DNA from: Acinetobacter wanghuae
GTDB lineage: Bacteria > Pseudomonadota > Gammaproteobacteria > Pseudomonadales > Moraxellaceae
Length of the DNA stretch: 32,000 nt
Assembly (NCBI RefSeq): GCF_009557235.1
Contig: NZ_CP045650.1
Coordinates: 2,490,001 to 2,522,000 of the forward strand
Reading direction: 5' to 3'
Shown here: in pieces, positions 1 through 6,674 of the stretch
Position numbering within the stretch: the stretch's first letter is position 1
Layout of the letters: each line of letters begins with the position of its first letter
Program-made: the position numbers and the translations under genes
The notes under the pieces: generated by a model
Seen by the model: the letters and a program-made list of their open reading frames with translations, nothing else
Told to the model about the DNA's origin: nothing
The model's database searches: none

Positions 1-1188
1 CTTCTTATGCCTTTGACAATACGCAACATGGTGCTGATCTTTTTGATCTTAAAGTTGCAGGAAATATTTATACGCGCATTATGAATCCGACCACGGCAGT
101 GCTTGAACAGCGTGTTGCTGCACTTGAAGGTGGTATTGGCGCGTTAGCTTTAGCATCGGGCATGGCAGCCATTACCTATGCCATTCAAACCATTGCCGAA
201 GCAGGCGATAATATTGCATCCGTTTCGACGCTGTATGGCGGGACTTATAATTTATTTGCACACACCTTACCCAAACAAGGTATTGAAGTTCGTTTCTTCG
301 ATTATCAAAAACCAGAAAGCTTACGTGATTTAATTGATGCAAAAACCAAATTGGTTTTTGTTGAATCGATTGGTAATCCGCTTGGCAATATTATCGACTT
401 AGAAGAAATTGCAAAAATTGCCCATGAATATGGCGTACCTGTCATTGTCGATAATACGGTGGCAACGCCTGTCCTACAAAAATCATTCGATTTCGGTGCG
501 GACATTGTGGTGCATTCACTGACTAAAATATATTGGCGGTCACGGTAATTCGATTGGTGGGATCATTGTCGACAGTGGTAAATTTCCATGGGGCAAACAC
601 GCAGAACGCTTCCCCGCTTTAAATACTCCTGATCCAAGTTATCACGGTGTAAATTACGTGGAAGCATTAGGCGAAGCCGCTTATATTGCGCGTGCCCGCG
701 TGGTGCCACTACGTAATACAGGCGCTGCGATCAGCCCGCAAAATGTCTTTTTGATTCTGCAAGGTTTAGAAACTTTAAGTTTACGTATGGAACGTCATAC
801 TGAAAATGCGCTTAAGGTCGCTGAATATTTACAAGCGCATCCAAAAGTGAAATGGGTCAATTACGCAGGACTTAAAGATCACCCACAGCATGCTTTGGCT
901 CAAAAATACGTGAAGGGTAAACCTTCTGCAATTTTGACCTTCGGGGTACAAGATGGACGCGAGGGCGGCACACGCTTTATTGATGCACTACAATTATTTA
1001 CCCGTTTGGTGAATATTGGTGATGCAAAAAGCTTAGCCTGTCACCCTGCAACCACGACTCATCGTCAGTTGAATGCGGAAGAACTGAAATCAGCAGGTGT
1101 CAGTGAAGATATGGTTCGTTTATCGATTGGTATCGAGCATATTGATGATTTAATTGCAGATTTAGAACAAGCGCTCGCAACGGTTTAA
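1..1188 (+). pseudogene. metY: O-acetylhomoserine sulfhydrylase (Cys/Met-metabolism PLP enzyme); 5' end outside the window, reading frame broken at ~525-528
   Basis: Frame 3 from position 3 reads SYAFDNTQHGADLFDLKVAGNIYTRIMNPTTAVLEQRVAALEGG...HSLTK. Frame 1 then continues from ~532 with GGHGNSIGGIIVDSGKFPWG...LSIGIEHIDDLIADLEQAL to the stop at 1188. The expected PLP-lysine motif SLTKYIGGHG is split by one extra A in act-aaa(a)-tat. Confidence 0.8.
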
Positions 1189-1219
1189 ATTCAAGTAAGC
1201 ATCAAGTCCAAAATTAGAC

Positions 1220-1249
1220 GCCACTCGAAAGAATGGCATTTTTTATTTT
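1220..1249 (+). terminator. Possible intrinsic terminator after metY
   Basis: Imperfect hairpin gccactc-gaaa-gaatggc (6/7 pairs) followed by a T-rich tract (attttttatttt). Confidence 0.4.
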
Positions 1250-1464
1250 CAAGCAAAAGTCATTTGCAATTTCTTTCATTTGTGATAAAAGTTAAATGAA
1301 AAAGCGAGTAAAAATAGAGCATTTACTCTAAAATTTATTTATTTTTCAATAGCTTAATGTTTTGATTTTTTCTTAGAATTGGCTATCATCATTGTATTCA
1401 AAATGCTTCTCTTTCAAATTATATTTGCCAGAACATTTTATAAAAATGATTTCAACTCACTTTC

Positions 1465-2367
1465 ATGAGGAAGCCTGACGTGAAAGCTAAACTACAGAAA
1501 AAATTGCAAGAAAAAGTAAATGGTAAAACCATCTTAATTACAGGTGCTTCAAGCGGTATCGGACTCACAACAGCCTATCGATTAGCCGATGCAGGCGCAC
1601 ATATTTTACTAGTTGCGCGAACCAAAGACACCTTAAATCAAGTCAAACAAGAGATTGAAGCCAAAGGTGGTAAAGCGTCTGTTTTCCCGTGTGATTTAAA
1701 TGACATGGACTCCATTGATGCGGTTTCCAAACAAATTATTGCCACTGTCGATCAAATTGATATTTTAATTAATAACGCAGGGCGTTCAATCCGCCGTGCG
1801 GTACATGAATCGACCGATCGTTTTCACGACTTTGAACGCACGATGCAACTCAATTATTTTGGTTCAGTACGTTTAATTTTAAATATTTTACCGCAAATGA
1901 TGATTCGTCGTGATGGGCATATTATCAACATCAGCTCGATTGGTGTTTTAGCAAATGCGACCCGTTTCTCAGCTTATGTAGCATCAAAAGCAGCACTCGA
2001 CGCATTCAGTCGCTGTCTATCTGCTGAAGTGCACTCACATCGCATTGCGATTACGTCGATTTATATGCCATTGGTGCGTACACCTATGATTGCACCGACC
2101 AAAATTTATAAATATGTGCCAACGCTATCCCCTGAACAAGCAACGGATCTGATCGCATATGCCATCATTAAACGACCGAAAAAAGTCGCAACAGGACTGG
2201 GACGACTGGCTTCAATTACCTATTCAATTGCACCTGATATCAATAATAAACTCATGTCGATTGGCTATAACCTCTTCCCAAGTTCATCGGCTTCAGTCGG
2301 TGGGCAGCAGAAACTGAATTGGGTACAAAAAGCATATGCACGCTTGTTCCCAGGTGAACATTGGTAA
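1465..2367 (+). CDS. acr1: Short-chain dehydrogenase/reductase, Acr1-type fatty acyl-CoA reductase (wax-ester pathway)
   Basis: SDR motifs are visible: TGASSGIG, NNAG, and S...YVASK. The length (~295-300 aa) and strings such as RFHDFERTMQLNYFG, SAYVASKAALDAFSRCLSAEV and the C-terminal ARLFPGEHW match my recollection of Acinetobacter Acr1. The start may instead be GTG 1480, which sits 6 nt after GAGGAAG. Confidence 0.75.
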   Translation: MRKPDVKAKLQKKLQEKVNGKTILITGASSGIGLTTAYRLADAGAHILLVARTKDTLNQVKQEIEAKGGKASVFPCDLNDMDSIDAVSKQIIATVDQIDILINNAGRSIRRAVHESTDRFHDFERTMQLNYFGSVRLILNILPQMMIRRDGHIINISSIGVLANATRFSAYVASKAALDAFSRCLSAEVHSHRIAITSIYMPLVRTPMIAPTKIYKYVPTLSPEQATDLIAYAIIKRPKKVATGLGRLASITYSIAPDINNKLMSIGYNLFPSSSASVGGQQKLNWVQKAYARLFPGEHW

Positions 2368-2385
2368 TCCATCATCAATAGACAA

Positions 2386-2406
2386 GCCGCCTTCGGGCGG
2401 TTTTTA
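2386..2406 (+). terminator. Intrinsic terminator after acr1
   Basis: GC hairpin ccgcc-ttcg-ggcgg followed by ttttta. Confidence 0.75.
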
Positions 2407-2534
2407 TCTTTTTAACATAAAAGATTTAAATAAATCGAACGACAAGTCCTGTCATTTAACCAAGATTTTTTCGCGCAAAATGTTTTAGATCACGTACACT
2501 ATGGACGGATATTTTTGATCCGTATTTTTAGATT

Positions 2535-3341
2535 TTGATTCAACAAATGGAAACTCTTATGAACAATGTGCAATGGCTCGATGAAGTAAAATTTAACGAA
2601 CAAGGCTTAGTGCCTGCTATTGCTCAGCATCATCAAAGCGGTCGTGTGTTGATGGTGGCGTGGATGAACCGTGAGGCATTAACATTAACCGCTGAAAAAA
2701 ACCAAGCGGTGTATTTCTCACGTTCACGCAATAAATTGTGGCATAAGGGTGAAGAATCAGGTCATTTCCAAACCGTACATGAAATCCGTTTGGACTGCGA
2801 TGCTGACGTGATTGTGTTGCAAATTGAACAGCATGGTGGCATTGCTTGTCATACCGGTCGCGAGTCTTGTTTCTACCGTAAATTAACTGCAAATGGTTGG
2901 GAAATTGTCGACGCACAAATTAAAGACCCTGCTGCAATCTACGGTGAAAAATCAATAAATCCACATACGCTTGCGATGAATGCATCCAATGCCCAATCTG
3001 AACAAGTGGAAGTATTGTCTTACCTTGGTCAAATGATGGCAGAGCGTAAACAGGCAGATCCCGATTCATCGTATGTGGCAAAGCTTTACCATAAAGGCTT
3101 AAACAAAATTTTAGAAAAAGTCGGTGAAGAGAGTTTTGAAACAGTTCTTGCCGCAAAAGAATTCCAAGCGAAAGCTTCTGTAGACAATAAAAATGATTTG
3201 ATCTATGAAGTCGCAGATCTATGGTTCCATACTATTGTGATGCTCGGTTACTTCGATCTTGATGTACAGTTGGTCTTAAATGAACTCGCACGTCGTCAAG
3301 GTTTATCTGGTTTGGTTGAAAAAGCCAATCGTCAGCACTAA
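2535..3341 (+). CDS. hisIE: Bifunctional phosphoribosyl-AMP cyclohydrolase / phosphoribosyl-ATP pyrophosphatase
   Basis: The N-terminal half looks like HisI ([36 protein letters not shown]). The C-terminal half looks like HisE ([34 protein letters not shown]). The true start is probably ATG 2547 or 2559 rather than TTG 2535. Confidence 0.9.
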   Translation: MIQQMETLMNNVQWLDEVKFNEQGLVPAIAQHHQSGRVLMVAWMNREALTLTAEKNQAVYFSRSRNKLWHKGEESGHFQTVHEIRLDCDADVIVLQIEQHGGIACHTGRESCFYRKLTANGWEIVDAQIKDPAAIYGEKSINPHTLAMNASNAQSEQVEVLSYLGQMMAERKQADPDSSYVAKLYHKGLNKILEKVGEESFETVLAAKEFQAKASVDNKNDLIYEVADLWFHTIVMLGYFDLDVQLVLNELARRQGLSGLVEKANRQH

Positions 3342-3344
3342 GCC

Positions 3345-4856
3345 TTGAACTTACCTGTGTCTATTCAAAAACCCACTGCGACTTATGAGCAAGCCACTGC
3401 TATTGATAACGCACGTCTGGGCAAATCCTTTAAAGTCATTGCTTATGCAGGCACAGGTAAAACCACAACCTTACAAATGATTAGCGATGCCATGCCCGAG
3501 CGGCGTGGCATGTATTTGGCATTTAATAAAGCCATTGCCAGTGAAGCACAATCCAAGTTTCACCGTGGGGTCGATTGTCGTACTTTTCACTCCCTTGCAT
3601 TTCGCAGTGTTCCACGTGGAGTCACCGACAAATTACGCTTACCACGCTTAAGCCCAAGCTTTATTGCCAAAGAATATCGTTTAGAACCGATGACGCTACG
3701 TCGTATGATGGGCGGACGCTTTGAAAAATATGTCCTCATGCCCTCGCGCCTTGCAAGTTTAGTGGCGAATGCGGTCAGTTACTTCTGTTCAACCAGCTCG
3801 CAGTACCCTGCCCCACGACATATTCAAGCACCCAGTTGGTTACATCCCGATGATATTGAAGCCTTACAAAAAAGGCTGTATCCCGCGGTTGAACGTCGTT
3901 GGTTAGAATCGATTGATCCGAATCATCAAGCGGGTATTGGACATGATATTTATTTAAAACTATGGGCATTGTCTGAGCCCAATATTCCTGCCGACTATGT
4001 ATTGTTTGATGAAGCACAAGATGCTGATCCACTCATGCTTGGAATTTTGCTGAAACAGCGCAATACCCAAGTGATTTATGTCGGTGATGCTCATCAACAG
4101 ATTTATGCTTGGCGTGGTGCAGTCAATGCTATGCAACAACTGCCCTTACCTGAATCGCGCTTAACCACATCATTCCGTTTTGGTGAAGAAATAGCATTGA
4201 ATGCCAATGCGATTTTAGGTGCGTTAAAAGAAACTGTTCCACTTTTGGGTAATCCGCTTTTAAATTCTAAAGTCGTCAATAAACCACATACCAAAATGCG
4301 TGATGCGATTTTATGTCGTACCAATGCGCGTGCGATGGAATTATTACTTTCAGGATTGGTCAGTGGCGATAAAGTGAGTCTGCAAGCAGATCATGTGAAG
4401 CTGAATCGTTTTGTCGATGCTGCAGCGATGCTGAAACAAGGCAAACGTGTCATCGATGTGCCTGAATTGGCTTGGTTTAATTCATGGCATGACGTACACG
4501 AATACTGTGAAACCAACGATGGCAGTGACATTAAACCCTTGGTTAAACTTGTCGATGAGCACGGGACTGAGCCTTTAAAACGTGCTTTAGCGAAGATTAC
4601 CCCGATTGGTCAAGCTGACTATATTATTTCTACGGCGCATAAAGCCAAAGGTTTGGAATGGGAACGCGTACACATCGAGGACGATTACCAATTCAAACTC
4701 AATGAAAAAGACCATAAAATTAGTGACGAAGAGTTACGATTACTTTACGTGGCGTGTACACGTGCTAAAGTGAGTTTAAATATTCACCACATTTATGACC
4801 TGATTCAACAGTTGAAAATCACCATGCCACAATCCCTAAGAAAGGTGGCAGGCTAA
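3345..4856 (+). CDS. UvrD/Rep-like superfamily 1 DNA helicase (short, ~500 aa, no obvious nuclease domain)
   Basis: The SF1A motifs are present: I AYAGTGKTT, Ia TFHSLA, II FDEAQD, III VGDAHQQIYAWRGA, IV-like LTTSFRFG, V TAHKAKGLEWERV, VI LLYVACTRAK. The start must be TTG 3345 or GTG 3357, because the first in-frame ATG (codon 45) lies after the P-loop. Confidence 0.85.
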   Translation: MNLPVSIQKPTATYEQATAIDNARLGKSFKVIAYAGTGKTTTLQMISDAMPERRGMYLAFNKAIASEAQSKFHRGVDCRTFHSLAFRSVPRGVTDKLRLPRLSPSFIAKEYRLEPMTLRRMMGGRFEKYVLMPSRLASLVANAVSYFCSTSSQYPAPRHIQAPSWLHPDDIEALQKRLYPAVERRWLESIDPNHQAGIGHDIYLKLWALSEPNIPADYVLFDEAQDADPLMLGILLKQRNTQVIYVGDAHQQIYAWRGAVNAMQQLPLPESRLTTSFRFGEEIALNANAILGALKETVPLLGNPLLNSKVVNKPHTKMRDAILCRTNARAMELLLSGLVSGDKVSLQADHVKLNRFVDAAAMLKQGKRVIDVPELAWFNSWHDVHEYCETNDGSDIKPLVKLVDEHGTEPLKRALAKITPIGQADYIISTAHKAKGLEWERVHIEDDYQFKLNEKDHKISDEELRLLYVACTRAKVSLNIHHIYDLIQQLKITMPQSLRKVAG

Positions 4857-4892
4857 TTTGGCATAGATGTCGGCACACAGGATTCGTGGTCT

Positions 4893-6293
4893 ATGCAAGT
4901 CAAATCATTACAACTCAAACATGTCCTTCATTTTTCGAATATTACGCTGAATTTCGACTATACAAATGCGCCCATCACGCTCATTTTAGGCAACCAAGGC
5001 TCAGGTAAAACCACGCTGCTCCGTTTTTGCTATCAAAGTTTAACTTGGTTTGCAGCACGGCAACGCGATATCCGTACAGCCGGCTTGGTGATGCTGGATC
5101 AAGACATCATGCACAACCGTTTGCAATCCAAAGTTGAAATTAAAGTTCATTTCCCTGAAGAAATCGGTTCATTCCCTGAATCAAGTGATTTAAGCGATGT
5201 GTCAAAGCAGGATTGCACATGGCAAATGTATAAAACCTTAAATTCACAAGGCGTTGGCTTAAGCAAAGTGGAAACTCAGCAGCTCGAAAGCATGCTGAAT
5301 TTGTATCAAACAGCTTTAAAGAAAGATCCATTACTCGGTTTACCTTTAATTGCTTACTATCCAGCGGAACGCTTCGTGAATGAAGTCAATTTGATCAGTA
5401 AGAATAATCCGCTCATTTTTCAACCCACACATGCTTATGAGCTAACTGCAATTCCGTTCACCACTTTTGCGCGTTTTTTTGAGTGGTTTCGTGAAATTAG
5501 CGACATTGAAAATGCACAAAGTACTGCCACGATTCAAAGCATTTTAAAACATGCGCAAAATGACCAGAGTTCAACAGATGCCATCACAGAGCATTTAGCA
5601 AAGATGACTGCCAACGTGCATGCGCCAAGTCTGCAATCCTTCAAAGATGCGCTAGCAATTATTGTTCCTGAAGTCAGTGATCTTTATCTAAAATATCATC
5701 CAAAATTACAATTGATGGTCGGTTATCAAAATACCGTCATGAACTTCCAACAACTGCCGAACAGTATTCGCAATTGGGTGGCATTGGTCGGTGATGTGGT
5801 ACGTCGGCTGTGTATTTTAAATCCCAATAGCCTATTTCCGTGTCAGGAAGGCAATGGCATTTTAATGATTGACGCGATTGATCATCAATTGGATCAAGAT
5901 CATGCGAGTACGATTCTAAATCGTCTCCATCAAGCATTTCCAAATGTGCAGATTATTGCAACTGCACATCGTGAAGAATTACTTGAACACGCACATGACT
6001 TTCAATGCTTGAGACTGGAAAATAAAAAATTACTACCGATTCAACTTGAAGCTAATCAATTCCAACTTGAGCAAATTTATGCAGAATTAACTACGAATAT
6101 AGTGAAGGATGATACAAATAGTGCAGTTGATGCATTGATAGAACCCATTACCGAAACGGTCAGCGTGACATCCATGTTTGAATCTATTCAGCAATTGCTT
6201 TCAGCTGAGCAACAACAGGAACTTAAAAACTTATTGGAACACGCTCAGGATTCATCTTCACCCAATACTTCAAAATCAAGATTTAATCCATAA
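4893..6293 (+). CDS. RecF/SMC-like ABC-type ATPase (AAA_15/AAA_21-like) with non-canonical Walker B region; function unknown
   Basis: The N-terminus has a RecF-like beta strand plus P-loop (ITLILGNQGSGKTTLL). Further along are AYYPAERF, a signature-like LPNSIRNWVALVGDVVRRL, Walker B ILMIDAIDHQLD and H-loop-like QIIATAH. The ~90 aa C-terminal tail is acidic and Gln-rich. No TOPRIM or nuclease motifs were seen. Confidence 0.7.
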   Translation: MQVKSLQLKHVLHFSNITLNFDYTNAPITLILGNQGSGKTTLLRFCYQSLTWFAARQRDIRTAGLVMLDQDIMHNRLQSKVEIKVHFPEEIGSFPESSDLSDVSKQDCTWQMYKTLNSQGVGLSKVETQQLESMLNLYQTALKKDPLLGLPLIAYYPAERFVNEVNLISKNNPLIFQPTHAYELTAIPFTTFARFFEWFREISDIENAQSTATIQSILKHAQNDQSSTDAITEHLAKMTANVHAPSLQSFKDALAIIVPEVSDLYLKYHPKLQLMVGYQNTVMNFQQLPNSIRNWVALVGDVVRRLCILNPNSLFPCQEGNGILMIDAIDHQLDQDHASTILNRLHQAFPNVQIIATAHREELLEHAHDFQCLRLENKKLLPIQLEANQFQLEQIYAELTTNIVKDDTNSAVDALIEPITETVSVTSMFESIQQLLSAEQQQELKNLLEHAQDSSSPNTSKSRFNP

Positions 6294-6504
6294 CATCAAA
6301 AATCAAGTTGAAGTCTATAAAGGCACGTATGCATTTTTCTCAATAAAACGCCTCAACTTTATCTTAATTTTCTGTGAGATTGAGTCGGACTGTATAGACA
6401 TGCACCCCATAAAAAAGCATGTAAGCGTATAATCTACATGAGCAACATAAAAAGATTGATGTTGTGGTTATCCTGTAATATGATCGGTTTTACTTGCAAT
6501 TTTC

Positions 6505-6527
6505 ATTGTAAAATCGGATTTTGCAAT
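6505..6527. promoter_or_regulatory. Candidate operator palindrome in the mrp upstream region
   Basis: attgtaaaatc-g-gattttgcaat has 11-nt arms matching 10/11 as an inverted repeat. It lies ~150 nt upstream of the mrpA start. TTGCAAT-like half-sites recur nearby. Confidence 0.35.
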
Positions 6528-6674
6528 CGATTATTCGTTGTGCAATACAACTATGTATAAGTTTTGATCCCTAATTTGGCTTTCAAGATTGGGACATTTG
6601 GATCGCTCTTTGTTGTCCGTCCTGCCTTGAAAGATTTTGATTCACCCTAGGTTTAAACCACCTAAATCACGACA

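Noticed and set aside
3345-6293. Calling the helicase/ATPase pair a Gabija (GajA/GajB) system
   Set aside because: GajA carries a C-terminal TOPRIM nuclease domain and precedes GajB. Here the ATPase ends in an acidic/Gln-rich tail with no E...DxD TOPRIM pattern, the order is helicase first, and the Walker B lacks the catalytic Glu. The similarity is only at the level of broad domain classes.
6178-6432. 84-aa ORF overlapping the 3' end of the ATPase gene and running into the mrp upstream region
   Set aside because: It is out of frame with a well-supported CDS for half its length, AT-rich and low-complexity, and has no start context.
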